Shown: piece by piece, positions 1-9,973 of the stretch
Layout of the letters: every line of letters starts with the position of its first letter
How positions within the stretch are numbered: the stretch's first letter is position 1
DNA from: a virus
Strand: one strand, 5' to 3'
DNA length: 64,000 bases
IMG/VR virus record: IMGVR_UViG_3300025138_000016
Program-made: the position numbers and the translations under genes
Notes under the pieces: model-generated
The model's input: only the letters and a program-made list of their open reading frames with translations
Database searches by the model: none
What the model was told of the DNA's origin: nothing

Positions 1-147
1 TTTAGGGTATACCCTTCCGTTTCTATTCTGGAGGTTTGATTGAAGGAATACACCTTCAATAAAGTAATTCGTTTTTTTGCCTTCTCCGGCAGCTTCTTTG
101 ATGTAATTAACATCGTCCATGAAATTGACTTCAGTAATAAGCTTCAT
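1..147 (-). CDS. gp21: Prohead protease (N-terminal fragment; runs off window edge)
   Basis: Own translation from ATG at 147: MKLITEVNFMDDVNYIKEAAGEGKKTNYFIEGVFLQSNLQNRNGRVYPK. This matches the T4-like gp21 signature IEGxFxQ...NRNGRxYP, and the gene lies downstream of the portal and core genes. Confidence 0.9.
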   Translation of the reverse strand, partial: MKLITEVNFMDDVNYIKEAAGEGKKTNYFIEGVFLQSNLQNRNGRVYPK

Positions 148-148
148 A

Positions 149-400
149 CTAGTCTCCGTATCCCACTGATGTAACTAGGCCTGCTGATGCAAATAATTTA
201 TCTTCAGCTTTCTTATGAAAGTAATGTATACCAGCATCTACTGATGTATTACCTATTGCTGTATTAGCACTATCTACTAACGTTACAACTGCTGCAGCTG
301 TATGATAAAACTTAACAAGCTTAGCATTGTCTACTGTTGTAGCAGCTCCTAGAGTTGTCCCTGCTGTTGCTTCGTTACCTTTGATAATGATTATTTTCAT
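149..400 (-). CDS. Small hypothetical protein in head gene cluster (83 aa)
   Basis: Intact ORF tightly packed between the core protein gene and gp21; no recognisable motif. Confidence 0.7.
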   Translation of the reverse strand: MKIIIIKGNEATAGTTLGAATTVDNAKLVKFYHTAAAVVTLVDSANTAIGNTSVDAGIHYFHKKAEDKLFASAGLVTSVGYGD

Positions 401-864
401 TACTCAACACCTAATGCGAATTCAACCATCTTAGCAAATGATTCTTCGTCTTTTAATAATAGTTCAATGAAAGCTTCTCTGTTAGATTCGTCTAGTTGAT
501 CTACAACATAGACAAGATGCTCAGCTAAGTCAGGAGCCATCATTACTTCTTCTTCACTCATTAAACCGAATGGTTGATCTGAATCTATCTCAGCCATATC
601 TAGAAGTTGCTCTATAATGTCTTCTGAAGTAACATACTCTTCGTATGCAGTCTTCTCTTCTTCTTTAGATAGGTCAGCTTTCTTGGAATGATCTTTCTTT
701 GCTTTTCTAGCATTCAATACGTCATCAGTTCCTTTAGCTGGATACTCTCTGTCATCGATGTTATCAGTATGCTTCTTCTTCCATTGCTTTTCACCTTCGG
801 CTTTATCTCGTCCGTGGTGAGGAAGATCCATTGCAGCTTCTAAAATGTCTTTAAGATGTTTCAT
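400..864 (-). CDS. Putative prohead core protein (gp68-position), acidic
   Basis: Likely start at ATG 864 (MKHLKDILE), overlapping the upstream stop. Acidic and helical; position between gp20 and gp21. Confidence 0.55.
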   Translation of the reverse strand: MKHLKDILEAAMDLPHHGRDKAEGEKQWKKKHTDNIDDREYPAKGTDDVLNARKAKKDHSKKADLSKEEEKTAYEEYVTSEDIIEQLLDMAEIDSDQPFGLMSEEEVMMAPDLAEHLVYVVDQLDESNREAFIELLLKDEESFAKMVEFALGVE

Positions 865-1222
865 CCGTTTCCTCTTCTGAAGAGTCTTCATCCTCTTCTG
901 GTTGTTCGTCTTGCTCTTCATCGTTTACTAATGAATCCATTTCTTCGTCTGATTCATCGTCGTTGAGAGCATCCTCAATTTCTTCTTCTGATGGCTCTGC
1001 AGATAGCTGCTCGTCATCAACTGGCTTCTCTTTCGAGATTGGCTCTTGGCCGAACATATCTTTATGTAGGGCGTCTTTTTTACCTGCAATTAAATCTGCA
1101 GCACGTTGCATCATTTCGTTATCGAAAGCCTTTTGCACCGCGACAGGTTTCTCACCCATTGCACTATTAATAAGCGCATCTAAATCAACTTGTGGTGTTC
1201 CACTCAATTTTGGTTCTGCCAT
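851..1222 (-). CDS. Putative prohead core protein (gp67-position), very acidic C-terminus
   Basis: Directly downstream of the portal gene, with a GGAG SD and a D/E-rich tail. Confidence 0.55.
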   Translation of the reverse strand: MAEPKLSGTPQVDLDALINSAMGEKPVAVQKAFDNEMMQRAADLIAGKKDALHKDMFGQEPISKEKPVDDEQLSAEPSEEEIEDALNDDESDEEMDSLVNDEEQDEQPEEDEDSSEEETDETS

Positions 1223-1247
1223 TCTATATCTCCATTATATTTATTAT

Positions 1248-2861
1248 TTATGCATCCTCACCAGCTGGTGGAGGTGTTCCTGCGTCTGGAGCAGGTTCTT
1301 CTGGTTGCTGATTCCAAGGAGCGTCTGGTTGTGCGCCGCCGCCTGGACCAAAGTCATCTTGATCTTGTCGTTCTGCGTCCATCTCTGAACCCATTTCTTC
1401 AATCTCTTTCTCGCTAAGGTGTAGAACATTTCTTCTAACCCAATCTTTAGAATAGTAAGTACCAGTATGATCTTGAATGTCTCCAAGAACCTGTAATCTC
1501 TCTCTAATAATTTCAGAGTTCTTTAATTCTGAGAAGTGATTATCTTCTACAAAATCATACTTAACATGATTCTGAACTGTAGCCCATTCATCTAATGTTA
1601 GTATACCTTTTAGTACTAATTCTTTTTCAAGTATCTTATTAAAGAGAGCTGAGAATCTTAATCTAAGTCTTCTTATAAACTTATTAAACTTCAACTCATC
1701 TCTAGATATTTCGGAAGCTCTGCCTAGAGTAAAACCATTTTCGGGTTCTAGTCTGCTTGATGGTACGTTTAATGCACGATATAGTTTCTTCTTAAAGTAT
1801 TCTATATCTTCCATCTCGCCTAAATTTTGCCCGCCTGGTAGTGTTGTGATCTCAGTACCTCTACCTCCTTCTCTTCTAGGTAGCCAGAAATCTTCCATCA
1901 TCGTCATAAACTTTCTATCGTCTCTTATCTCTCCTGAGGCAGCATCATAGACTAATCTGTTCTTATGCTTAGTCATCATGTCCCTTAAGTACTGCTCAGC
2001 TTTCATCTTAGGTAGGTTACCGACATCAATATAAAATATTCTTCTCTCAGGAGCTCTTGATATTCTATATATTACTGATGCATCTTCCAAAACCTGTAAT
2101 TGATTAAGAGGTTTAATTGCTTTGTGTAGATGTGATAATACCATCTTATTGTACTCATCTGTTAAACCAGACGTACAATGAACGATACTATCTTTCGCGA
2201 TTTTTAGACCTTGTGCTCCGCCAGCTTGTATAGGGTCTGGAGTTGCATAAGACTTGCTGTTAAAGCCTTTATCGTTATAGATAAAGAATTCTTTAACAAC
2301 TTTGATAACCGTAAAGTTACCTTGTTTTTCTTTTTTAGTCTCTCTTACTTTTCTGATCTTTCTAGGATCGACATATCTTAATTCTTGTATGCCTTTTGTT
2401 GGATCTTTGTCGTCAATTATAGCATGATAATATAGACGTCCATCAACATACCATCTTCTGAATGTTTCATATCCAGTAGACGATAAGCCTAGTAATTCAG
2501 TAGTATGACTAAATGCCTCATGTACGAGGTCTTTTACCTTTGGTGACATATCCTTACATGCGTCAAGGTTAATATCAACAACGGGTTGTGTTGGATCTGA
2601 TACTATTGATTCATTAATAATATCATCAATTGCGTGCTCTACTTCAGGTTGTAGAGACATCTTTCTATATCGTGTGACTAACTCAGCCTCATTCTTTGCT
2701 GTTCCTTCGAGGTCAACGTATGTGCCATACATTCCGCCCATAGAATTAATGTTGACGGCACCGTCATCAAATTGGGGTTGTGCGAATGATTTATGTTCTG
2801 ACGAATCGTTTGCTGATACGCCTGTTTTTCGATTAATCTCGAAGCCGAATAATTCTGCCAT
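1248..2861 (-). CDS. gp20: Portal vertex protein
   Basis: Motifs YRISRAPERRIFYIDVGNLPK, EDFWLPRREGGRGTEITTLPGGQNLGE and FRRWYVDGRLYYH. Confidence 0.97.
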   Translation of the reverse strand: MAELFGFEINRKTGVSANDSSEHKSFAQPQFDDGAVNINSMGGMYGTYVDLEGTAKNEAELVTRYRKMSLQPEVEHAIDDIINESIVSDPTQPVVDINLDACKDMSPKVKDLVHEAFSHTTELLGLSSTGYETFRRWYVDGRLYYHAIIDDKDPTKGIQELRYVDPRKIRKVRETKKEKQGNFTVIKVVKEFFIYNDKGFNSKSYATPDPIQAGGAQGLKIAKDSIVHCTSGLTDEYNKMVLSHLHKAIKPLNQLQVLEDASVIYRISRAPERRIFYIDVGNLPKMKAEQYLRDMMTKHKNRLVYDAASGEIRDDRKFMTMMEDFWLPRREGGRGTEITTLPGGQNLGEMEDIEYFKKKLYRALNVPSSRLEPENGFTLGRASEISRDELKFNKFIRRLRLRFSALFNKILEKELVLKGILTLDEWATVQNHVKYDFVEDNHFSELKNSEIIRERLQVLGDIQDHTGTYYSKDWVRRNVLHLSEKEIEEMGSEMDAERQDQDDFGPGGGAQPDAPWNQQPEEPAPDAGTPPPAGEDA

Positions 2862-2878
2862 TAGGTAGTCTCCATTAT

Positions 2879-2913
2879 AAAAATTAGAGAGCTAAGTTTC
2901 TTTAGCCCTCTAA
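2879..2913 (-). terminator. Intrinsic terminator between tail tube and portal genes
   Basis: Minus strand reads TTAGAGGGCTAA-AGAAAC-TTAGCTCTCTAA (stem with one G-U pair) followed by TTTTT. Confidence 0.7.
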
Positions 2914-2933
2914 TGTATTTAGCATCACTGCTA

Positions 2934-3485
2934 CTAAGCGTCTGTGCCAGCGTTACCTGTGATACCGCTAACTGTCCAGTAATCGTATTGGAACGAAACA
3001 TCGAATTGTTGAATTTCATCTATCTGCTCCCAGTTGACGCTGATTTCAGTAACGTCTGTTGGAAAGATTCCTACAAACTTATACTCTCTTATCGCGGCTC
3101 CTGTTTTAGAAAACTGAGTTACTGTTGCATCAGTCTTGTACTCTGATGGACTCGCTGCTCCAAATTCTCTCAAGTTACCTTGGTGACTGTTAATCGAACT
3201 CATCCACTCTTCCATGGAGTTTCTGATTAAAAAGTCTTCGTCATTTATTACTGTAACGTTCCATGGGTTAAAGATTCTGTTTCCAGCAACCTTAAACTTT
3301 CTTCCGAAGTAAGGAACTTCAACAGTACCTAGCGTCGAGGCAGGAAGTGCTGAAGCCTTTATCATAAAAGGAGCTTTTAAGTCACCTGCACCGTTAGCTG
3401 GGTTGTTTATTCTTACTTGGAAAAGAGCAGAACGTGCACCGCCAAGTACTAACTGTGATCTGATTTCATTAATATTAAATGCCAT
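2934..3485 (-). CDS. gp19: Tail tube protein
   Basis: LPASTLGTVEVPYFGRKFKVAGNR..WNVTVINDEDF and F.VSFQYDYW motifs; follows the sheath gene. Confidence 0.95.
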   Translation of the reverse strand: MAFNINEIRSQLVLGGARSALFQVRINNPANGAGDLKAPFMIKASALPASTLGTVEVPYFGRKFKVAGNRIFNPWNVTVINDEDFLIRNSMEEWMSSINSHQGNLREFGAASPSEYKTDATVTQFSKTGAAIREYKFVGIFPTDVTEISVNWEQIDEIQQFDVSFQYDYWTVSGITGNAGTDA

Positions 3486-3495
3486 CTTTTACTCC

Positions 3496-5556
3496 TTAAA
3501 ATTTACCAACTACTTCTGAGAACTCTACTCCACTTCGTACTGCTACAAAGTTTAATTGAATAAAGTTAATAGATCTTGCAGGTTTAACGTAAATGTCTCC
3601 GATGAATTCATTTCTGTCTATGACTTCACCTGTGTTATTAGAAGTATCACATACGACTCTATAGTCAAATATGCCTCTTCTTCCCTGTATATCTCTCAAG
3701 AACGGCTCTACTAGGTTCACAAACTGTGATCTTGTAAACTCATCATTGAATTCAAACAACGTAAACTTAGAAGCTGTAGAGATTGCTTTCTCTAATACTA
3801 TGAATAGTCTTCTAACATTTATTCTGTCGAATGCTGATGGCTTAGCAAGTAACGTTTTGTCACCGAAAAGCACTGTGCCCTGACCTGGGAATGCAACAAC
3901 TGGGTTAATACCATTCTTATAAAGAAGATCTCTGAAAGCTACTCTCGGATTGAAAGATAACTTAACAACGTTCTTTATTTGACCTCTGTTGAATCCACCT
4001 GGTGAGAACCATGCATCTCTTTCTGCATCTGTTCTTGCGCATAAGCCGGCTATGTCTCCACTTAATGGTACATATCTATATACATCACCGAACTTATCGT
4101 ACTGATATTTATAACCACTATCTAGCACACCGTAAGATGAACTTCTAACTGCGTTTCTGAATTCGATAACGTTATCGGTAGCAGTAGATGGTGATGTTAC
4201 ACCAACTGTGTCTGCTCTATCTGGCGAACCAAATACGATACAATCTTTTCTTACTTCACAAATATTGTCGATAATGTAATTTAAAATTCCTTCTCCGTGC
4301 GTTCCACCTTTAGCTTTACCAGATAATAGTAGACTTACATCTACGTCTGCAGCGTCTGAGAACATATCATATCCAACAGCTACATCTCCCATTGAGATAG
4401 CGCTTTCTGAATTACCGTCTAAACCTCCGCCGAATGCGAAATTGTATGGCTTAGTTGATGATAATGCTGTTCTTGTTGCTGATGTACCTGTATAAGATGC
4501 AGCAGGATGATTAACGAAGTATATCCAGCTTGAACCATTGTTAATTACATTATAGTAATACATTGATTCGCCTGACTCATTCTTAGCGTCAGTACCTCTA
4601 GATAATGATTCCCATTTCTCTATAATTACTTCTGGTGTACCTGTTATATCTCCATCCTCATCTACTACAACTACGTGTAACTCATCACCGACACCGCTTT
4701 TGCTAGTTGCAAATGATGAAGTGCCTGGGGCACTATCGAAGCTATTGAAATATTTCCAATATCTTCTAATGATTGTTTCTTCAACGTTTGTTGAAAGTGT
4801 GTAACGTGAGTGCAATTGGATGTTAGCTTTAAGCGAACTTACGCTTCCATCTAATGCTTGTGCTGTTCCATTACTTGGAATAGACTTGATTGATAACTTA
4901 ACTTCACCAATAGATGAATTACCAGCTTCGACTAGATCGCCAACTTGAAGTTGAGCGGCTAATGCGTCATAAGCTGTCTCTAATGCTGTGTTAGTTACTG
5001 ATGCGTCTTCACCTGTTAAGGTTAATACTGCTACGTTCGAACCGACTGTGAATGCTAAGCTAGAAGTTGATTTAACATCTGCTGATGAATCAATATCTAC
5101 ATTGCTGCTCCATGCAGCTGCGCTATCACAAACTTCTACTCTTAAACCATTACCTTTAACACCAGCGTATTTACCCACACAAATATGATTTGCGTTAGCA
5201 GTATAACTACCAGCGTCAAACGTTTCCATGTTTTTGATTAACACACCATCAGTATTAGCTGAGGTATTGGCTACTCCAGTAGCGTTTCGTGCAGCACTAG
5301 ACACGGTTCTGACAACGTATAGTTTATTGCCATAGTTTAAAAAATTTGATGCTGTAAAAAATGTCTCGAAGTTATCACTTGTTGGCTCACCGAAACGCGA
5401 TACTAAAGATGTTTCACTATCTACTAGTACTCTTTGTTCGGCAGGTCCCCAATTAAATACACCCGCTAATCCACCTTCTGTTGTGGATACAGCTGGCACG
5501 ACCGTTGTAAGATCGATCTCGCTTACATTTACACCAGGACTGACTTGAAATGCCAT
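3496..5556 (-). CDS. gp18: Tail sheath protein
   Basis: N-terminal SPGVNVSEIDLT; C-terminal WFSPGGFNRG, FDRINVRRLF and KPARSINFIQLNFVA. Confidence 0.97.
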   Translation of the reverse strand: MAFQVSPGVNVSEIDLTTVVPAVSTTEGGLAGVFNWGPAEQRVLVDSETSLVSRFGEPTSDNFETFFTASNFLNYGNKLYVVRTVSSAARNATGVANTSANTDGVLIKNMETFDAGSYTANANHICVGKYAGVKGNGLRVEVCDSAAAWSSNVDIDSSADVKSTSSLAFTVGSNVAVLTLTGEDASVTNTALETAYDALAAQLQVGDLVEAGNSSIGEVKLSIKSIPSNGTAQALDGSVSSLKANIQLHSRYTLSTNVEETIIRRYWKYFNSFDSAPGTSSFATSKSGVGDELHVVVVDEDGDITGTPEVIIEKWESLSRGTDAKNESGESMYYYNVINNGSSWIYFVNHPAASYTGTSATRTALSSTKPYNFAFGGGLDGNSESAISMGDVAVGYDMFSDAADVDVSLLLSGKAKGGTHGEGILNYIIDNICEVRKDCIVFGSPDRADTVGVTSPSTATDNVIEFRNAVRSSSYGVLDSGYKYQYDKFGDVYRYVPLSGDIAGLCARTDAERDAWFSPGGFNRGQIKNVVKLSFNPRVAFRDLLYKNGINPVVAFPGQGTVLFGDKTLLAKPSAFDRINVRRLFIVLEKAISTASKFTLFEFNDEFTRSQFVNLVEPFLRDIQGRRGIFDYRVVCDTSNNTGEVIDRNEFIGDIYVKPARSINFIQLNFVAVRSGVEFSEVVGKF

Positions 5557-5595
5557 GTTATGCTCCTCTATATAAAATCAAAAATAGTTTGATTA

Positions 5596-5603
5596 TATTT
5601 ATA
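5596..5603 (-). promoter_or_regulatory. T4-type late promoter TATAAATA upstream of gp18
   Basis: Exact TATAAATA on the minus strand, 40 nt upstream of the gp18 start. Confidence 0.8.
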
Positions 5604-5625
5604 TGTTCCTGTGGTTTAAAAACTT

Positions 5626-7236
5626 CTACCAGTCAGCTATTTTCGAATAGCCATCTAATGTATCCATCTCCATACCGTCATTTAAAAAACCGAATGGTAG
5701 AACTTCTTCTTCAATATATTTCTGTTGTCCAGCTTGAAGAACTTTTCTAACATCGGTACTGCTTATTTCTTTATAATAATCTTGTATACTTAACCAGCCA
5801 AAGAGAACAAGGCACATCACGAGGTCATCATGATTACCGCCTTCTGCTTCCCAAGACTCAGCTCTTTGAACAAAATGCGTGAGTTCATCTAGTATACGAA
5901 AATCGTTGATAACTAGTTGATCACCTTCTATTAATGTCTTTAGATTTAGGCATCCTGTACGTTTGACTTGCTTCGTAGTCTTAACGCCAAAGTACTGTCC
6001 ACCACTACCAAACCCTGATGATAGAACCTGTCCGGCTCTACCTCTTGCTGCTGACATAAGTACGTTTTCTAATTCCATATCATTATGTAAAGTCTCTACT
6101 ACCGACATACCAATATCGTTTGATTCAACTAGTATGTAAGCATTATTAAACTTTCTATGGAATTGAGCAATCACTTGCGGGAAGTTAAAAGGTGATACTT
6201 CATTGTCCTGATACACAGCTACAACCGCAGCTGGTGATACAGTTACATCTATTGCTATAATAGCTGACGCATCTTTATTAACTCCTCTCGCTGTATCAAC
6301 TAATAGAAAATATGTATGGTCCATCTCTGGTTGTACATATATTCTCGTTGATCCTTGCTCCCATATTGGTCGTTCATATACTAAACGTTTCAGTGTTGAA
6401 GGTGATATAAGTGTATTAGATGAACCAATAAACTCACATTCAAACTCAACTCTAAATTGATCTTCAGACGTATTTCTTATAGTCTGCTCTTTCCACTTCT
6501 CATCTCTTCCAGGTACGTCCGACCAATGGACATCAATACGCTTATAATCATTATGACCGTTCTCACTATCATTCCATATCTTATAGAATAAATTAAGTCC
6601 GTTAGGCGTTGATGTAACAAGTACCTTAGATGTTTGACCAGATGAAATCGTAGGATATACAGAAGCAAAGAACTCTTCTTGTATATGCGTTGGTACGAAA
6701 GCAAACTCGTCTAAGTAAATTAGGTTAAAAGATCCACCCCTTATAGCTGATGCCGAGGTAGATGCTGCTAATATTTTTGAGCCATTTTCTAGCTCTACGT
6801 TACCTTTGTTCCATTCCACTACACCAAGTTGTAACCATCTTGGTAAATGCTCATATGCTAATGCTATACGAGATAGAATCTCTCTTGATTGTTGAGACTT
6901 ATGAGCTAGAATAGCTATAGAGAATGATTCATGAAACATTAAATACCATAATAGAACAGCTGCAACCGTAGTTGTCTTACCTGTCTGTCTAGGCATCTTA
7001 CATATTACAAAACGCTCATCTTGTATTAATCGTACTATATCTTTCTGGAAGTCATATAGGTTAAAAGGTATTAGACCTTCATCAACGTTAACGATTTGAA
7101 TATGAGTAGTAATAAAATGAAGTGGGTCTTGTGAGCATTTAACAAACTCTTGTATCTGCTCAGGAGTAAACTCTTGAGGTACGTTAGCTCGTTTCAGGTT
7201 TGGATTACCTAAGTAGTTCTCTCTAGCTTGTACCAT
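5626..7236 (-). CDS. gp17: Terminase large subunit
   Basis: YLGNPNLK, Walker A PRQTGKTT, Walker B IYLDEFAF and nuclease HDDLVM motifs; no intein. Confidence 0.97.
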   Translation of the reverse strand: MVQARENYLGNPNLKRANVPQEFTPEQIQEFVKCSQDPLHFITTHIQIVNVDEGLIPFNLYDFQKDIVRLIQDERFVICKMPRQTGKTTTVAAVLLWYLMFHESFSIAILAHKSQQSREILSRIALAYEHLPRWLQLGVVEWNKGNVELENGSKILAASTSASAIRGGSFNLIYLDEFAFVPTHIQEEFFASVYPTISSGQTSKVLVTSTPNGLNLFYKIWNDSENGHNDYKRIDVHWSDVPGRDEKWKEQTIRNTSEDQFRVEFECEFIGSSNTLISPSTLKRLVYERPIWEQGSTRIYVQPEMDHTYFLLVDTARGVNKDASAIIAIDVTVSPAAVVAVYQDNEVSPFNFPQVIAQFHRKFNNAYILVESNDIGMSVVETLHNDMELENVLMSAARGRAGQVLSSGFGSGGQYFGVKTTKQVKRTGCLNLKTLIEGDQLVINDFRILDELTHFVQRAESWEAEGGNHDDLVMCLVLFGWLSIQDYYKEISSTDVRKVLQAGQQKYIEEEVLPFGFLNDGMEMDTLDGYSKIADW

Positions 7237-7627
7237 CGTCCATCTGCTTCTTAATTAGCTTTTGTAGTTCGCCAGTAGATCCAACGAATAGAGTATTGTT
7301 GACTGTATTAGGACCTTCTTTTTTACCACCTTCATCATTAGTTATATCTTGTTTCTTCTTAGTAATATCCATAAGCGTCATATTTGCATCGGATAATGTT
7401 CTTACTAATGTAGCGACTACTTCATATGCTCTAGGATGTTGACCTTGTTGAGCTACTTGTAGTAAATCATTTAACGCAACTGAGCCGTTCTCTATAACTT
7501 GATAGAGATTACCTCGTGCATACTCAAAGTCATTCTCCAACTTAGAGTCTTTTACAAGTGCTTTCGCTGTTGTTATGTCTTGCTCTAGAGGCTGAAGCTC
7601 TAAGAAGTCACCTATTTTATCATCCAT
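7223..7627 (-). CDS. gp16: Terminase small subunit
   Basis: DFEYARGNL..HPRAYEV..NNTLFVGSTGELQK motifs. Confidence 0.92.
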   Translation of the reverse strand: MDDKIGDFLELQPLEQDITTAKALVKDSKLENDFEYARGNLYQVIENGSVALNDLLQVAQQGQHPRAYEVVATLVRTLSDANMTLMDITKKKQDITNDEGGKKEGPNTVNNTLFVGSTGELQKLIKKQMDDGTS

Positions 7628-8447
7628 TAAATGTATTCGCTGTTATATAACCATAATTACTGTTGGCGTTTATATCATCTATATTTATGCTAACCGAAGA
7701 ATTAGATGTTGGATTGCCGTTTGCGTCAACACCAGGAGTAATAACTACCTTAGATGCTGCGTCTGTTGGGAATGTAAATGATCCAGCTGCTCCAGGATCA
7801 ACATGAAACTGTGTATTAGCTTGCTTAATAATATCTGACTTCTCTGTTACAGGTCCAAATACATAGCCTTTAATCTCAAATGATAGTGTATGTATTAATT
7901 GTCTTCTAGTCTGAAAGTCTTGTTCATATTCATCTCTTGTATTTAAATTTAAAAACACAACAGGTATATCAAACTTAAGATCAGGCATATCATCAAGTAG
8001 CTTGAGAGTAGCCGTGTACTCAGGAGTGAAGTAAGGTAATATTTGTTCTAATATACGCACACCATCTTCAGCATTTTTAACTGCTATATTTAACTCAAAG
8101 TCAATATTAAATGGCTGCGGATTAAAAACTGATTTAAGATTATAATTATGAGTAGATGCAGCGTATAACTTCTTTAATGGGTTCATTCTTCTTTCAGAAT
8201 CATATCTAAAGTTAGTCATCTCAAATGACATTCTTGGAAGCTGTACAGCTACTTGTCTATCTGCATTAGGATCTACGTCGCCTCTTATAATATATTTTTG
8301 ACGAGGACCATAACTAATAGGTACCTTCATCGTCTGTATTGTTGTACCAGCTTGGTTAACTCTATCTATCTCTATATTATTAAATAGAGTACCAAAGTAT
8401 ACTACGTATTTTCTTATAACGCCATTGTAATATTTAGTATTAAACAT
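7620..8447 (-). CDS. gp15: Tail sheath stabiliser / tail terminator
   Basis: FGTLFNNI, VPISYGPRQK, LPRMSFE and EQILPYFTP motifs. Confidence 0.93.
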   Translation of the reverse strand: MFNTKYYNGVIRKYVVYFGTLFNNIEIDRVNQAGTTIQTMKVPISYGPRQKYIIRGDVDPNADRQVAVQLPRMSFEMTNFRYDSERRMNPLKKLYAASTHNYNLKSVFNPQPFNIDFELNIAVKNAEDGVRILEQILPYFTPEYTATLKLLDDMPDLKFDIPVVFLNLNTRDEYEQDFQTRRQLIHTLSFEIKGYVFGPVTEKSDIIKQANTQFHVDPGAAGSFTFPTDAASKVVITPGVDANGNPTSNSSVSINIDDINANSNYGYITANTFNG

Positions 8448-9214
8448 TAGAAGTCATTCTCACTAAATGGATTTATGTCACTGAAGTCAATAAACTCTGC
8501 TGCTTCATCTTGGAAGAATGTTGTAGTATCTCCCTTATCGACTAATCTCTTATCTTCATTGTCGTTAGTTATAACTATTCCTGATTCAGTCATTATCATA
8601 ACACCTGCTTCAGTAGCAAGAGTTAACTCATCAAGTTTAGCATCAATTGAATATGTTGTTGTCATTGCATCAATGACAGGAATACCAGTCTGGAATAGCT
8701 CTCCAGAGTATTCAAATTTCTCTAATGATACATCAAACGTTTGTAGGTTGCCTAATTGATAGAATACAGAGTCAGTTTGAACATACTTAACTTCAAATAC
8801 AGCTCCTATCTCAGTCTCAATAGAACCTCTTACCCATGGTAAGAATATAAGATCGCCTTCTCTCGGTCTTGTTATAGACGGATCAAACTCTTCTACTTCT
8901 TCATGGAATCTTCTACGTGCATATGTTATGTTAATTTGATCTCTTATCTCTAGACCAAACTTACTCATAAAGGTACCTTCACCTTCATATCCTTCTACGG
9001 ATTTAACATATAACTCTAATGGGTAACTTGTATCGAATGATGATAACGGAGCCTCTCCATAAAGGAGATCTGTCTCTACTCTATTTCTTGGCAGGTAAAA
9101 ACTATCCTGTCCATATATCTGTATAGACTCAATGACAAGATTATCGATAAGCCTCTGTTCACCAGATGCTTCGTAATTTTGAAAATAGTTAGATCGTCCG
9201 TTATTTGTTGGCAT
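8447..9214 (-). CDS. gp14: Neck protein
   Basis: EQRLIDNLVIESIQIYG..YLPR, SKFGLEIRD, PREGDLIF, FYQLG and C-terminal DFSDINPF. Confidence 0.93.
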   Translation of the reverse strand: MPTNNGRSNYFQNYEASGEQRLIDNLVIESIQIYGQDSFYLPRNRVETDLLYGEAPLSSFDTSYPLELYVKSVEGYEGEGTFMSKFGLEIRDQINITYARRRFHEEVEEFDPSITRPREGDLIFLPWVRGSIETEIGAVFEVKYVQTDSVFYQLGNLQTFDVSLEKFEYSGELFQTGIPVIDAMTTTYSIDAKLDELTLATEAGVMIMTESGIVITNDNEDKRLVDKGDTTTFFQDEAAEFIDFSDINPFSENDF

Positions 9215-9220
9215 TGTTCA

Positions 9221-9967
9221 TTAACCGACCATATCTGAAACAGGTAAGCTGTATGATGAAATCATCTCTTGTTCGAGTTTTGCGATTTCAGCTCCTGCGT
9301 CATCCATAATCTTGCCCCCATTAAATTGTACACCGCCTGGTAGTTGCATTCCATCGAACTTAGTTAAATTAGCTCCCCACTGATATTTAATCTTTTCAGC
9401 GGCATAAGCCAATAACCATCTGTCTTTGTAGACGTCAGGAAAAGTTTCAGGATCAACAATCTGGTAACACTCGGCGATTATATGATCACCTACTTGTAAT
9501 TTAGTCCAGTCCATGTCGATATATAATCTATTTATGTTCCTATTAAATCTAATAGGCTGCCTACCCACTAATAACTCTTCAATGAATTGAATGTGTTGCA
9601 TATTAGTATAGTAAGTCACGAGAGATTGATTGAAGGATGTCAGATCATATAGATCGTTCAATGCAATTTGATATCTTATATTAAATAAGTTATTGGTTGA
9701 TAAAGCATCACCAATATCAAAGACGCGGACAGCACCGATTATATTATCCGGTACTTCCACGTATTTGTTTGTTATATTATCAGCTGTAACTACCCACTTA
9801 TAGTATTCTTTCGATACACCATCAAAGTGATAATCCCAATAGTAAGATAATGCTTCGTCAATTCTATCTTCGACTTGCATATCCTCTACATTGATCTCAA
9901 TTACTGGATAACCCAGCTTTCTTAGACAATGTTCTTTAAATCCCGTTCTGGTCGTTGGCAATGCCAT
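9221..9967 (-). CDS. gp13: Neck protein
   Basis: LRKLGYPVIEINV..Q..DRIDEA and QWGANLTKFDGMQLPGGVQFNG. Confidence 0.93.
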   Translation of the reverse strand: MALPTTRTGFKEHCLRKLGYPVIEINVEDMQVEDRIDEALSYYWDYHFDGVSKEYYKWVVTADNITNKYVEVPDNIIGAVRVFDIGDALSTNNLFNIRYQIALNDLYDLTSFNQSLVTYYTNMQHIQFIEELLVGRQPIRFNRNINRLYIDMDWTKLQVGDHIIAECYQIVDPETFPDVYKDRWLLAYAAEKIKYQWGANLTKFDGMQLPGGVQFNGGKIMDDAGAEIAKLEQEMISSYSLPVSDMVG

Positions 9968-9973
9968 TAGGTG

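Noticed and set aside
865-921. ORF-track 5' extensions (400-921, also 52260, 58385, 62927)
   Set aside because: The extensions overlap upstream genes; downstream ATGs (864, 52350, 58346, 62882) fit homologous N-termini and operon packing better.
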